In this document: positions 9,758 to 20,652 of the stretch, one piece after another
Position numbering within the stretch: the first letter of the stretch is position 1
Layout of the letters: each line of letters opens with the position of its first letter
Source: an uncultured delta proteobacterium
GTDB lineage: Bacteria; Myxococcota_A; Polyangia; Polyangiales; Polyangiaceae
Direction: 5' to 3'
Assembly (NCBI GenBank): GCA_963696385.1
Contig: CAVOKF010000005.1
Span: forward strand, 256,001-320,000
DNA length: 64,000 bases
Program-made: the position numbers and the translations under genes
Notes under the pieces: generated by a model
What the model was told of the DNA's origin: nothing
The model's database searches: none
Seen by the model: only the letters and a program-made list of their open reading frames with translations

Positions 9758-11022
9758 TGGCGGCCGTCTCGTCTCTCGAACGGCCGGCGCTCATCGAACT
9801 CGTGCGTGTTTCGAAGGAGTACGAGACTGGGGGGACGGTCGTACGCGCGATGCGCGAAGTCGACCTTTCGGTTGCGCGCGGCGAATTCGTGGCCATCGTC
9901 GGCGCGAGCGGGTCGGGCAAATCGACGATGATGAACATCATCGGGTGTCTCGATCGTCCGACGCGTGGGACCTATACGCTGGCCGGCATCGCGGTTGGGA
10001 ATCGGTCAGGCGACTCTCGCGCCATCGTTCGCAACCGCGTCATCGGCTTCATCTTCCAGGGGTTCAACTTGCTGCCCCGTACGACCGCGCTCGAAAACGT
10101 CGAGCTACCCCTGCAGTACAGGGGGATCGGCCTGCGCGATCGCCGCAGGCGCGCCCGCGCCGTGCTCGAAGCCGTCGGTCTCGGCGACCGACTGGATCAT
10201 ACGCCGCACCAACTCTCGGGCGGCCAGCAGCAACGGGTGGCCATTGCCCGCGCGCTCGTGACCGATCCACCTCTTTTACTGGCCGACGAGCCGACCGGAA
10301 ACCTCGACACCCGCACGAGTCTCGAAGTGCTGGCTCTTCTCCAGAGGCTCAACCGCGAGCTCCGCATCACCATCGTCCTCGTTACGCATGAACAGGAAAT
10401 CGCTGGCTGCGCTTCGCGGGTGGTTACGATGCGCGACGGGCGGATCGTCGGCGATGTGGTGCAAGAGCGACCTCTCGATGCGGCCCGCGAGCTAGCGCGC
10501 CTGCCTTTGGACGATCGCAATGACCCGGGCCCGGCCGAGGGCGATGTCGGTGGCGTCGGCGGCGCGGCAGGCACCCCGCCCGTAGGTGTTTTTGCGCTCA
10601 TGCTCGTCGTGCAGGTCTCCGGCTTTGCTCTGGCGATGCTCTACTGCCGCGGCCTCGTGGGTCTCGGCGTGGCAAAGTCGCTCTGGATCGGACTCTTGGC
10701 CGGCGAAGTGACGATGACGTGGGCTGCCGCGCAATGGGCGAGACGGCGTTTCGGAAGGCCTACGACGGTCGACCAGCGTGCGCGGATCGCTTTCGGCTAC
10801 ACGATGGCTGTGACGTGCGGCCTGATGGCGGCCATGCTCGTCGCGTACGCTCTCGTTCCAGGGCGCGAGCGTACGCCTTCCGTTGTCGCACAGGTGCTCG
10901 CCGTAGCCGAAGGCGGCATGCCTAACGCCTGCGTGATCCTCGCTGGGGGCGTTTTTGCGTTTCTCTCCGGCACAATACTATTTCGCTACTTGCTCCTGAC
11001 CGCCTTTGGACGGGGGCCTTGA
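9757..11022 (+). CDS. MacB-type ABC ATP-binding subunit with a C-terminal ~4-TM extension
   Basis: Walker [30 protein letters not shown] and VTH are intact, followed by about 150 aa of hydrophobic helices. Confidence 0.9.
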   Translation: MAAVSSLERPALIELVRVSKEYETGGTVVRAMREVDLSVARGEFVAIVGASGSGKSTMMNIIGCLDRPTRGTYTLAGIAVGNRSGDSRAIVRNRVIGFIFQGFNLLPRTTALENVELPLQYRGIGLRDRRRRARAVLEAVGLGDRLDHTPHQLSGGQQQRVAIARALVTDPPLLLADEPTGNLDTRTSLEVLALLQRLNRELRITIVLVTHEQEIAGCASRVVTMRDGRIVGDVVQERPLDAARELARLPLDDRNDPGPAEGDVGGVGGAAGTPPVGVFALMLVVQVSGFALAMLYCRGLVGLGVAKSLWIGLLAGEVTMTWAAAQWARRRFGRPTTVDQRARIAFGYTMAVTCGLMAAMLVAYALVPGRERTPSVVAQVLAVAEGGMPNACVILAGGVFAFLSGTILFRYLLLTAFGRGP

Positions 11023-11023
11023 C

Positions 11024-11470
11024 ATGGGTGGCGCCAGCCCGGAGGACCGACTGTCGGCCGAGGCTTCATCCGCGGGCGTGGTTTTCGCAGCGATGCTCGT
11101 CGCGACGGTCGCCGGACAACTGGTCGGCATGGCCGTGGACGCAGCGATGGGATCACGTTCTTTCTGGGTACCTATCGGGTCCAGCGTCGTGTTCGAGGGG
11201 ATTGCAGGGGCACGGGTCGCGGCGTCGCGTTGGGGACGGCCGCTGACGGTTCGAGAAAGCTGGCGCGTCTCGTTGATGTACTCGCTCGCATGGCTCGCAA
11301 TTACGGCTCCCCTTGCGGTGTGGGTTTGCTTGTCGAGAGGCCCTGTCTCAGGCTCTTTGCCGGGCCCCATGTGGACCCTCGGGGGGTTGGCGCTGGCGCT
11401 CGGTGCGCTTGTGGCAGCGACCCTCTTGCGCTGGGCCGTTCTGGTCGCGTCCGCGCCGAGGACGAGATGA
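11024..11470 (+). CDS. Small 4-TM membrane protein, paralogous to the C-terminal extension of the upstream ATPase
   Basis: Hydrophobic helices. VFAAMLVATVAG and RWGRPLTV match [12 protein letters not shown] and RFGRPTTV. Stop overlaps the next ATG. Confidence 0.75.
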   Translation: MGGASPEDRLSAEASSAGVVFAAMLVATVAGQLVGMAVDAAMGSRSFWVPIGSSVVFEGIAGARVAASRWGRPLTVRESWRVSLMYSLAWLAITAPLAVWVCLSRGPVSGSLPGPMWTLGGLALALGALVAATLLRWAVLVASAPRTR

Positions 11471-12687
11471 TTGCGACACTATTCGGCGCCTTGCGCTCGG
11501 CCCTCGGAGCGATCTCGCGCAACAAGCTGCGTGCGGTGCTTACCGTTCTCGGCGTCTTCATCGGGATTACCGCGGTCGTGGTCGTAATGGCGGCCGGAAC
11601 GAGCACTACGGCGACGATCGGGGGCGAAATCGACAGCTTGGCGGCGAACGCTCTCTTTGTCTTCCCGCAGCCCGTTCAGGCCTCCGGCGCCAGGAGCAAA
11701 GTCGTGGGCCGACTGACCGAGAGCGATGGGCGCGCGATTTCACGTGAGGCAGTGAGCGTGTCGGGCGCCGCCCCGTGGCTCTCCACCAGCGGCCAGGTCG
11801 TGTACGGTGACAAGAACTGGTCGACGACTCTGGCCGGAACGACCCTCGCGTATTTCCCAATCCGGCGGTTTACCGTCGCTTCGGGATCGATGTGGACGGA
11901 GAGCGACGAGGTGCTCAAAACCAAGGTGTGCCTTATCGGCCAGACGGTTGCCACGAGCGTGTTTGGCGCGGAGGACCCCGTCGGCCGAACGCTGCGGATT
12001 GGACGCTCGCCGTATACCGTCATCGGAGTCCTGGCCGCGCGTGGCACATCGCTCGTCGGCGACGATCAGGACGATCGCGTGCTCATGCCGATCGGAAGCT
12101 TTCGCGCGCGTGTGATGCACACGTCTCCCGGGCGCGCGGACCAACTCATCGTGAGCGCCACGAACGATCAGACGGTGAATCGCGCGAAGGCGCAGATCGA
12201 GACCATTCTTCGAGAGCGCCATCGGGTCGCGCCCGGACGCGAAGACTTTACCGTCAGCACGCAGGCGGAGTTTCGCGAGGCGACCGAAGGGGTCCTCCAG
12301 GCCCTCGCCCTTCTGCTTCTTTGCGTCGCCGCCGTCAGTCTTGTCGTAGGTGGAATAGGGGTCATGAACATCATGCTCGTCAGCGTCGCAGAAAGGACCC
12401 GTGAGATCGGCATCCGGATGTCGATCGGCGCACGCGGGCGCGATATTTTGGTGCAGTTTCTCGTTGAAGCGATCGTTCTGACCATGATCGGTGGCGTTCT
12501 CGGTATCGGGTTCGGTAGCGGTATCACCATCGCGCTCGGGCGGCTGATCGGATGGGCAATGGCACCAAGCGCGCCTGTGCTCGCCGTTGCCGTCGGGACG
12601 AGCGTTGCCATCGGGACCCTTTTCGGTTTCTTGCCCGCGTGGCGCGCAGCGAAACTCGATCCCATCCTAGCTTTACGGGCGGAGTGA
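11467..12687 (+). CDS. MacB/FtsX-family ABC permease
   Basis: NKLRAVLTVLGVFIG, periplasmic domain, GGIGVMNIMLVSVAERTREIGIRMSIGA and PAWRAAKLDPI. Confidence 0.93.
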   Translation: MIATLFGALRSALGAISRNKLRAVLTVLGVFIGITAVVVVMAAGTSTTATIGGEIDSLAANALFVFPQPVQASGARSKVVGRLTESDGRAISREAVSVSGAAPWLSTSGQVVYGDKNWSTTLAGTTLAYFPIRRFTVASGSMWTESDEVLKTKVCLIGQTVATSVFGAEDPVGRTLRIGRSPYTVIGVLAARGTSLVGDDQDDRVLMPIGSFRARVMHTSPGRADQLIVSATNDQTVNRAKAQIETILRERHRVAPGREDFTVSTQAEFREATEGVLQALALLLLCVAAVSLVVGGIGVMNIMLVSVAERTREIGIRMSIGARGRDILVQFLVEAIVLTMIGGVLGIGFGSGITIALGRLIGWAMAPSAPVLAVAVGTSVAIGTLFGFLPAWRAAKLDPILALRAE

Positions 12688-12690
12688 GCG

Positions 12691-13917
12691 ATGGCTGTCC
12701 TCGGCGACGGCGTGGTTTCGGCGGCGCGCGCGATCGTTCGCAATCCACTGCGAGCCTCGCTCACCGTGCTCGGCATCGCGATCGCCGTCGCCGCCGTCGT
12801 CACGGTCGATGCCATCGGCGCCGGCGGCAAAGAGCGTGTTTCCGCGCAGATCGAGGCGATTGGGTCGAATTTCATCGTCGTCTTTCCGCAGGCCTCGCAG
12901 GTTTCTGGCGCGCGTTCCGCTCAAGGTTCGGGCATGCGTCTCACCGAAGACGATGGGCGCGCCATCATCCGCGAGTCGACGAGCGTCGCCGCCGTCGCAC
13001 CCGCGCTACGCACGGTCGTCCAAGTCGTGTACGGCGACCAGAACTGGTCGACCCAGGCGTTCGGAACGCGCCTCCCATACTTCGAAGTCCGCAATTGGGC
13101 CATCGAACATGGCGCGGCGTGGGACCCTCACGACGAGGCGACCAAGTCCAAAGTGATCGTGATTGGACAGACCGTTGCGCGCACTCTCTTCGGAAGCGAG
13201 GACCCGGTCGGTCGTACCGTGCGGATAGGGCGTTATCCCTACCGCGTACTCGGAGTGCTCGCCGCCAAGGGCGAAACACCCTTCGGCGCCGATCAGGACG
13301 ACATCGTTTTGATGCCCTCGACCAGTTTTCGCGCGCGCGTGATGCGAACGCCGCCGGGCTTCGCGGGCGCATTGATGGCTTCGGCAAGTTCGGCCGAAAC
13401 GACCGACGGGGCCGTGCGTCAGATCGAAGCGATTCTCCGGCAGCGCCACCGCATCGAAGGGGACCGAGAAGCCGACTTCAGGATCCGAACGCAGAAGGAG
13501 TTTGCGGACATGAAGGACCGCATCTCGACCGTTCTCTCGCTCCTTCTTCTGTTCGTTGCGGCCGTCAGTCTGTTCGTCGGCGGCATTGGAGTGATGAACA
13601 TCATGCTCGTGAGCGTGACCGAGCGGACTCGCGAGATCGGGATCCGCATGGCGATCGGCGCACGCGAAGCGGACATCCGAACCCAGTTTCTGGTGGAGGC
13701 CGTGATGCTGGCGTTCTTGGGCGGCGTGTCGGGCGTCTTGGCGGGCGCAACGTTCGTTTCCATGCTTCGGGCAGTCCTGGGGTGGCCGATGTCCCTGCGG
13801 CCCGTCGCGATTGCCGTAAGCGTAGTGGTGAGCGCGACGACCGGCATAGCGTTCGGATTTTTCCCTGCTCGGCGTGCCGCCCGGCTCGACCCGATGGAGG
13901 CGCTGCGGCACGAGTGA
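12691..13917 (+). CDS. MacB/FtsX-family ABC permease (second paralog)
   Basis: NPLRASLTVLGIAI, GGIGVMNIMLVSVTERTREIGIRMAIGA and PARRAARLDPMEALRHE. Confidence 0.93.
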   Translation: MAVLGDGVVSAARAIVRNPLRASLTVLGIAIAVAAVVTVDAIGAGGKERVSAQIEAIGSNFIVVFPQASQVSGARSAQGSGMRLTEDDGRAIIRESTSVAAVAPALRTVVQVVYGDQNWSTQAFGTRLPYFEVRNWAIEHGAAWDPHDEATKSKVIVIGQTVARTLFGSEDPVGRTVRIGRYPYRVLGVLAAKGETPFGADQDDIVLMPSTSFRARVMRTPPGFAGALMASASSAETTDGAVRQIEAILRQRHRIEGDREADFRIRTQKEFADMKDRISTVLSLLLLFVAAVSLFVGGIGVMNIMLVSVTERTREIGIRMAIGAREADIRTQFLVEAVMLAFLGGVSGVLAGATFVSMLRAVLGWPMSLRPVAIAVSVVVSATTGIAFGFFPARRAARLDPMEALRHE

Positions 13918-13930
13918 GTGCCGCTAGTGG

Positions 13931-14647
13931 CTAGTCGCTCCAGATTTGAAGAGCGTAGGCTCCGCTGCCGGATCCCACCGACACGACGACGCTGGCCGCG
14001 TCAGACTCCTTGAAACACACCGCGCCATCGTCGAGAACGATCGCGGTCGGGCTGTCGCTCGAATCCTCCCCGGCGATTGCTCCCGCCGAGTCCTTGATGG
14101 CGACGTTTAGGTTCTTGATGCCGTCGCCTGCTTGCGCGTAAACGCGGTAGCAATGGTTTGCCTGCGCCTTGAGCGCATGCGTCTGTGGTGATCCGGAGTC
14201 ACTCTGCTTGCCGGTGATCGTCTTCCCCACAAGCTTGAGTTTGGTCGCCTTCTGGCAGGACTTCGCGAGAGCCGCGACGTCTTTGGATACGTCCTTGTCC
14301 TTGCCTTTGGGTTTGAAGTTCTGATGGCATGCGGCCCAGCTGGGGTCGTTCTTCGCGCTTGCTTTCGTCGATGCGGCGTTTGCGGCCGGCGCGCTCGCGC
14401 TTGCGCTCGACGAGCTGGCGCTCTCGCTGGTGGCGTTCGCGCCTGTATCGGCCGTTTCAGAAGCGGCCTCCGAGGTGCTCGAACTCGACTCGCTCTCACT
14501 TGAAGACGACGTTTCCGACGGCGTGGAGGGTGTTTCCGGAGGCTTTCCACCGCCCCCGCAAGCGCCGACAGCGGCCGCAAACGGCACGAAGGCGGCTCAG
14601 GCTAGAACGAGGAGCGACAGAGAGCGAAGGCGAGTCGAATGGGCCAT
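13931..14647 (-). CDS. Lipoprotein with Ser-rich linker and Cys-containing beta domain; in-frame TGA at 14597-14599 in the signal peptide
   Basis: ATG 14647 reads MAHSTRLRSLSLLVLA*AAFVPFAAAVGAC in one frame. Lipobox-like VGAC. Confidence 0.7.
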
Positions 14648-14713
14648 GAAAGTTACGCTAAAGCGCAAATCAGGGGGGGATGGCAAGTGCAAATTCCGCG
14701 CGGTACGGTAAAG

Positions 14714-15741
14714 ATGGCCTTGCGATGCGTGTCCTACAGGTCGACCCGCACCGGCCCGATCCCCTCCGCGATTGAGGAGGCTGCGCAGGTTCTCGAACGC
14801 GGGGGTCTGGTCGCCTTTCCGACCGAGACCGTCTACGGACTGGGCGCCCGGGCGTTCGATGAGCGAGCCGTGTTGCGCGTATTCAACGTCAAGGGCCGTC
14901 CCCAGCACCATCCGCTCATCTTGCACGTGACGACCGAGAATCAGGCCAGAGCACTGGCCATCGGGTGGCCTGATGCAGCGTCACGTCTCGCTCGCGCGTT
15001 CTGGCCGGGACCACTCACGGTGGTCGTTCAGCGCGGCGATCGCGTCCCGGCAGCCGTTGCAGGGGGGGGAGTTCGGTCGCCATCCGCGCACCGCGGCATG
15101 CGGTCGCGCACGCCCTGATCGCCGCGCTCGGCGAACCGGTCGCCGCGCCAAGCGCGAACCGATTTCGTGAATTGTCGCCCACGATCGCCGCTCACGTCTT
15201 GAAGCAACTTCACGAAGGAGTGGACCTCCTGCTCGACGGAGGCCCGTGCGACGCCGGGATCGAGTCGACCGTCGTCGACGTTCGCGGGGCACGACCCCGA
15301 GTCCTGCGCCCCGGTGCAGTTTCGTTTTCGATGCTGCGCGAGGTCGTCGGAGAGTTGGAAGCTCCAGCCGCTTTGCTGGCGAGCGGACAACCGCCGCCTT
15401 CGCCTGGGTTGGATGCGCGCCACTACGCGCCTCGTTCGCGACTGTTGCTGGCCGAGAGCGAAGGGGCTGCTCGGCGGGCCGCGGTCGCCCTTTCGGCGCA
15501 CGGCGCGACAGTCGGTCTCGTCGTTCTCGAAGCCGATGCGCACGCCCAGGACGGTCGGGCGAGGATTCTCGAACGGGCACTTTCTTGGGACCCCGAACGG
15601 TATGCACGACAGTTGTTCGCGACGCTGCACGACCTCGACGACCGGGGGGTCGAGGCCATCGTCGTACAGCGAGTCCCAAGTGACGAGGCGTGGTCCGCGA
15701 TCGCCGATCGATTGACCCGCGCCGCGGCTCCGATGCCATAA
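14714..15741 (+). CDS. tsaC: L-threonylcarbamoyladenylate synthase (TsaC/Sua5 with SUA5 C-terminal domain), frameshifted at G8 run 15062-15069
   Basis: VAFPTETVYGLGA, KGRP..HPLILH and FWPGPLT. After adding one G: VAIRAP...AAPSANRF, GIESTVVD, LRPG and SPG...HYAP. Confidence 0.92.
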
Positions 15742-15897
15742 AATCTGAAGCAGCTGGCCACCCGCGGCGATTCGAGCCGTCGGCGTCCTTCACGCTTGCG
15801 TGCTGCCGGCATCCCTAGCCTCGAGTCACCCCCCGCGACGGCTATTTGAGACACGCGCATCAAGAGGCGCGTCTCTGGCCGATCGATCCGGTTAGCG

Positions 15898-17799
15898 TTA
15901 GCGGGGCGGAGGCTGCGTCGGCGGTACGGGAGGAATTTGGAAGACGTCCCACGCGGGAAGGTGATTCTCGGCAGTGGGAGACTGGTTCCAGAGATACAGA
16001 GAGTGATAGGTCGTCACGTTTCCCATGGTATCGACAGTGACCGGCGTAATATAGAGTTGGGGTAGTTGGTTGTAGTTGGGATTGTCGAGGTTGGGCCTCG
16101 TTGAACTGAAGACAATCCAGTAGTACGTGATGTTGCCGAGAGCCGCGACGGACTGGACGCTCGGCGACCAACGGGGCCAGCTGTTGGTCACCCCCGGACT
16201 GGTCGCGCCTGTGCACGCGGGCGGATCGTTCGCGTTGAGTCGCGTGGCCGTTCCGCCCGCGGCCGGAACGATGTCCATCTCATCGCCTGAGCTGTCGTAC
16301 GTGTAGTCGTTGTTGGCCAATTTGACGAATGCGACGTATTGATCGTCGGGCGAAAAAGCAGGATAATACTCGCAGCTCGCGGGGTCCGAGGCGCCCGGCA
16401 CGGGCGTTGCGGTGCCGCCGGCCTTGTTGTTGTAAGGTACCGAATACAGGTCCATCGGGCCGTTCGCGGGTCGTCCGTTGTAGATGGATCCGCCGGATGC
16501 GGCCACCGATGTGTAGACGATCGTCGAGCCGCTGTGGCTCCACGTCGGTGCTGTGGCGCTTCCCGGGTCCCCGCTGCGGGCAATGACCCCCGATACATTG
16601 GCCCCCGTGCCCTCCAGGTCGACCCACGTCAGATCTCCCGTGTTGCTCAGGATCTCGATGCGATCGCCGTGGGTCCAATGGCCTGTCGAATAGGTCGGCG
16701 TACCGGCCAGCATCGCTAGCTCTGCCCCGGCTTCCGGCGTCAAGAACGACGGAATCCCGCCCGGCGCCGCGTCCTGGCCCAACGTGGCGATGCTGTTGTT
16801 GTAGCCGCCGTTCGGCCCGATCCACTCCCCTTGGAATCCCACGTTCAGCCCGTCCGGGGTCGCGGCGTGGCAGCCAATGCACGCACGGTTTCCGGCCGGC
16901 GCGGGGCTTTCTTCAACCTGCGGACCGGTCAGTACCGTCACGACGCTTTCGTCGCCAACGCTGAATCCGTCGAGAACCCCGGTGCCGCTCATACCCGTCT
17001 GTCCCATGTAGGCCACAATCGCCCAGTATACGATGCTGCCGGGTGCGCCTACGGGGGCAATTCCGATCGGGCCGCTCGAGCCGAGCGCTTCATCGGATAG
17101 GGTGGTCCCCGTGAGTTGTCCGCTGCGGATGCTCACGGTCATGGGGATGTCCTGCGAATCGGCGCGGAGGGCGTCCCACATCGCCTTGGGCATCGTCCAT
17201 TGGGTCTGCGTCGTGTAGACGACCAGGTCGTTCGTTTGGTTATCGGCGTGAACCCGAAGCTCGAAGACGTTCGAGTTCGAGCCGTTGGCCGCGATCCAGG
17301 CGAAGCGCGGGCGCAACCAGTTGTTCGGATAGAGCGATCCCACCTCGGGCTCGATCAAACAGGGGCCACCGCTCGTCGATCCTTGCGTGGCGGGGCCGAA
17401 CAGTTGGGCCGCGTTCGCGGGGGCCGCGGGTGCTCCTCCGTCCGAGCCGTCGATGACCGGGTCAGCCGGCAGGTCGGTGAATGGGCCGGCCAGCGGCCCC
17501 GTAAAGGCGGGTAGGCCTGTCGCCTGGTTGCTCGAAACCGATGGGGGACTCGTGCCGGGGCCGATGCCCAAGGACGCATCGCTGGTGAAGGGCGTTAGAG
17601 CGCTGACGAGGCTGCCGGCGTCGCTCGAAGCGAGATGGTTTGCGTTGGCCTGATCCCCGTCGGGCGTGGAACCGAACCCGTTCGCTCCTTGACTCGTATT
17701 CGCACAGCCGGCGACGGCCACCGTCAGCCATAGCGCCGTGATGCGAACCGCCGAGCCGGTCTCCGCTCCGATCCACCGTCCGTTCGTCGTCATGGTCAT
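15898..17799 (-). CDS. TolB-like (PD40 repeat) lipoprotein
   Basis: Lipobox VAGC, CIGCH motif, and PD40-like repeats PTWSHSG, YYPAFSPDD and SWPRWSP. Confidence 0.75.
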   Translation of the reverse strand: MTMTTNGRWIGAETGSAVRITALWLTVAVAGCANTSQGANGFGSTPDGDQANANHLASSDAGSLVSALTPFTSDASLGIGPGTSPPSVSSNQATGLPAFTGPLAGPFTDLPADPVIDGSDGGAPAAPANAAQLFGPATQGSTSGGPCLIEPEVGSLYPNNWLRPRFAWIAANGSNSNVFELRVHADNQTNDLVVYTTQTQWTMPKAMWDALRADSQDIPMTVSIRSGQLTGTTLSDEALGSSGPIGIAPVGAPGSIVYWAIVAYMGQTGMSGTGVLDGFSVGDESVVTVLTGPQVEESPAPAGNRACIGCHAATPDGLNVGFQGEWIGPNGGYNNSIATLGQDAAPGGIPSFLTPEAGAELAMLAGTPTYSTGHWTHGDRIEILSNTGDLTWVDLEGTGANVSGVIARSGDPGSATAPTWSHSGSTIVYTSVAASGGSIYNGRPANGPMDLYSVPYNNKAGGTATPVPGASDPASCEYYPAFSPDDQYVAFVKLANNDYTYDSSGDEMDIVPAAGGTATRLNANDPPACTGATSPGVTNSWPRWSPSVQSVAALGNITYYWIVFSSTRPNLDNPNYNQLPQLYITPVTVDTMGNVTTYHSLYLWNQSPTAENHLPAWDVFQIPPVPPTQPPPR

Positions 17800-18201
17800 T
17801 TCGAGTATCGCAGGCGGATGGGGCCAGCGCACTGGATCCCAGCGTAGCTTTCGACCGATCGGGATTCAAAGCGAACCTTCGTTCGGCAGGGCGGCTTACC
17901 CGGCGTGATCGGATCTAAATGTATACGCAATTTTCCCATCAGACTGTTGAAGTCCTCCACACACGAGTGACTACGGGTGCACATAGGCCTTGCTCGGCAT
18001 ACTGGTCGCGGCGCCAGCGAGTCGTCGGAACGCGTTGTCGAAGCTGCGATCGCGGAAATCGCAACGAGACGTATTCGGCATCGGTTGCCGTCGCTTGCCT
18101 TATGCCGCTGCCGTTTGGGGGGATACCGCCGAGTCGTTCGTCCTGCGCTCGACCTCGCGTGAATTTCGCGCCGCCGACCGCGGTCGCGGCGCCCCGTCGC
18201 C

Positions 18202-18485
18202 CTACTCGGCCGGGCGTCCTCCGCTTCGGCAAACGAGGTCGGTGCCTCGGCGTCCGCGTCGCCCGGTGCATCCGCGCTGTCCGTGGCGGTCTCGGCCGGC
18301 GCATCCTCCGAGGCACCATCGGACGTGGGTCCCGCGGACTCCGGCGTCGCATCCTTCGACGCGCTGGCGGAATCCGCCCCTGCATCGACCGGAAGTGGAC
18401 TCACGTCGTCATCGCCCGCGCACGCGACCAGGAGAAGGAGCGCTCCGAGGGCAAAGGTCGTCAGCGGGGCGCGTGATATGGACAC
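18202..18485 (-). CDS. Small acidic low-complexity lipoprotein, probable 1-bp deletion at 18212-18214
   Basis: GGAGA upstream of GTG 18485, lipobox LVAC, then a D/A/E-rich tail. Adding one C gives EDAPAE-stop (TAG 18202-18204), which repeats an earlier EDAPAE. Confidence 0.6.
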
Positions 18486-18682
18486 TCGTATTCTCCAATC
18501 CATTCCCGCTTTCCAAGCACGACCGGCGTTCATCGTGTAACCGATGTTCACTAAGTTGAGGCCGTGATTTTCTTTTGAAAAGGGCGCGCGCGATGACGAG
18601 TGCGGCTGAGGGTGGTCCAATATAACAGACGCAATCGCTTGACAAGCAGAGGCTTCGCCCGGCAGTCTCCGCGCCACTCCGA

Positions 18683-20503
18683 ATGGCAGGAATCCGTTTA
18701 CTATCAGCATCTTCGTCGGCCGGAGCAATCACGATCGCAACGCTCCTCACGACGACGTTGTCGGCAATCGCCCAAAGTGCACCGCCGCCACCTCCAATGG
18801 CGTGGCCGGTCTCGCAGCCAGCGGCGAGCTCGCAAAGCGCACTTCCCCCGCTTGCGCCGCCTCCCGCACCGTTGGCGGCTCTGCCGACTGCGGCGGTTGA
18901 ACCGGCGTCCGCCTCTGCGGACACGCTGGCGCGACTTCCTTCTCCGCCGCCGGAGGCCCCCCCGGCTCCTGGCCCCGCAGTGCTCGCGCAAGAGTCGGCA
19001 GGGTCGCGACGACAGGCTGGATCGCCACCCCCGCCGCCTGCCGGCTACCACAACGGAACGTTCTACATCCGAAGTCTCGACGATACGTTCCGCCTGTATC
19101 TGCTTGCGCGCGTGCACGCCGACTGGCTCGGTCAGTTTGGCCCCGGTACTTCGAGCTTGCCGCCTGGAAGCGGGCTGGAGGGTGGTTTCTATCTGCGGCG
19201 CGCGCGCATCGAGATCGGCGGGGAATTTTACCAGATGGCACAATGGCAGGTGGGCGCCGAATTCTCGTCCTCGACGTCGATCGACAACGCGGCGGGTCAG
19301 CAGACCACTCCGACCTGCGTCCCGAACCCTACGAGTGGCGCATTGCCCTGCACGGACAAGGAGAACCCGGTCGAGAACCCGACGGTGAAGCCGATTCCGA
19401 CTGACGTTTTCGTCAATTTTGGACCGTCTCCATGGGCGAACCTGGAGGTCGGTCAATTCTATCTACCGTTCACGCTCGAGAATCGCATCAGCGACAACAC
19501 GACCCCATTTCTCGAGCGGTCGATGGCCGTGCGAAACATCGGCGCTCCGCTTCAGCGCGATATCGGCGCGATGCTCTGGGGCGAGTCCCCCGATCGTCTG
19601 TTCTATTACGCCGCCGCGATCGTCAATGGCGACGGCCCGAATCGACCGAACGCCGACGACCGGTACGACTTTGCCGGCCGCCTGGTCGTGCGTCCAGCGG
19701 CGGCTGTCACGTCGGCGCGGACGCGATTCGCGGAGGTCGGCTTTTCGGCCAAAGCCGGGTCTCGTGACCCGACGATGGTTGCCTACGATCTCCCGTCGTT
19801 GACGACCCAAGGTGGGTTTCCGTTCTGGAAGCCGACTTACAAGGACTCCCTCGGCCGAACGATTCACATCATCCCCGCTTCCAGTCAATGGGGGCTCGCC
19901 GGCGACATATACGTGCCAATCGAGAACTTCGACTTGACTGGAGAATTCATCTACAACGTATACGACACGCGCGAAGCCGTCGATGGCTACCAACTTTCGC
20001 CGTTTACCGAGCGCGCGGGCGAATTGAAGGGGTACGGCTGGTACGTCCAAGCCGACTACTGGATCTTCGGCAATCAGGACATCATCGGTTATCCGAGCTA
20101 CGGTCGACCTATTCACGTTGATTTTTCGACGCCACAGAACCCGCACCGGTCGGGACTTCAGGTTCTCGCGAAGTTCGAGTCACTTGCTTTGACGTATGCC
20201 GGCTCGTCGCGCGCCGGGAAGGACGACCCGAAGACGCCGAACGGCGACATCAACGTGAACGACGTCGAGTTCGGCATCAGCTACTGGGTTACAAAGCACT
20301 TGCGCGTCGGAATCAACTATACGCACTACATGTTTCCAAGCGCCGCGCCCGTGTCGCCAACGTCCCCCGGCGGTCCGCAGCAGTCGTCGGTCCAGCGCGC
20401 CGTGTCCCCGGCGCAGGATCTCGCATCGGGAACCGACGACTCGGCGAGGGGTGGGAGCGGCACGTTCGAGGAAGTCCAGATGCGGGTCGGGGTTCAGTTC
20501 TGA
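18683..20503 (+). CDS. Outer membrane porin (OprO/OprP phosphate-selective porin-like)
   Basis: Signal peptide and Pro-rich linker, FYLRRARIEIGG, VGQFYLPFTLE, FLERS, RDIGAML, and C-terminal VGVQF. Confidence 0.8.
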   Translation: MAGIRLLSASSSAGAITIATLLTTTLSAIAQSAPPPPPMAWPVSQPAASSQSALPPLAPPPAPLAALPTAAVEPASASADTLARLPSPPPEAPPAPGPAVLAQESAGSRRQAGSPPPPPAGYHNGTFYIRSLDDTFRLYLLARVHADWLGQFGPGTSSLPPGSGLEGGFYLRRARIEIGGEFYQMAQWQVGAEFSSSTSIDNAAGQQTTPTCVPNPTSGALPCTDKENPVENPTVKPIPTDVFVNFGPSPWANLEVGQFYLPFTLENRISDNTTPFLERSMAVRNIGAPLQRDIGAMLWGESPDRLFYYAAAIVNGDGPNRPNADDRYDFAGRLVVRPAAAVTSARTRFAEVGFSAKAGSRDPTMVAYDLPSLTTQGGFPFWKPTYKDSLGRTIHIIPASSQWGLAGDIYVPIENFDLTGEFIYNVYDTREAVDGYQLSPFTERAGELKGYGWYVQADYWIFGNQDIIGYPSYGRPIHVDFSTPQNPHRSGLQVLAKFESLALTYAGSSRAGKDDPKTPNGDINVNDVEFGISYWVTKHLRVGINYTHYMFPSAAPVSPTSPGGPQQSSVQRAVSPAQDLASGTDDSARGGSGTFEEVQMRVGVQF

Positions 20504-20615
20504 CGCGACGGCGAGTCCGCGGGGTCGACGCCACCGTGGCGCAGGGGTATGCGCCTCCGGGCGAGATCTGTCCCTGGTTACGAACCGATCGGTTGCAGCG
20601 AGTTGACAGGAAAAC

Positions 20616-20631
20616 CGGCACGGTTTGCGCT
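20616..20631 (+). promoter_or_regulatory. Candidate sigma-54 -24/-12 element (overlaps a TAGGCT -10-like hexamer)
   Basis: CGGCACGGTTTGCGCT has GG-N10-GC spacing and lies upstream of the S1 gene. Confidence 0.35.
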
Positions 20632-20652
20632 AGGCTCTCGCGCCTCTTCGCC

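Noticed and set aside
17800..17920. Riboswitch-like hairpins upstream of the TolB-like lipoprotein
   Set aside because: Only short stems are present, with no match to riboswitch consensus sequences I can recall.
18525..18560. Pho-box-like repeats upstream of the porin
   Set aside because: The GTTCA/GTAAC half-sites are 10 or 18 bp apart rather than 11.
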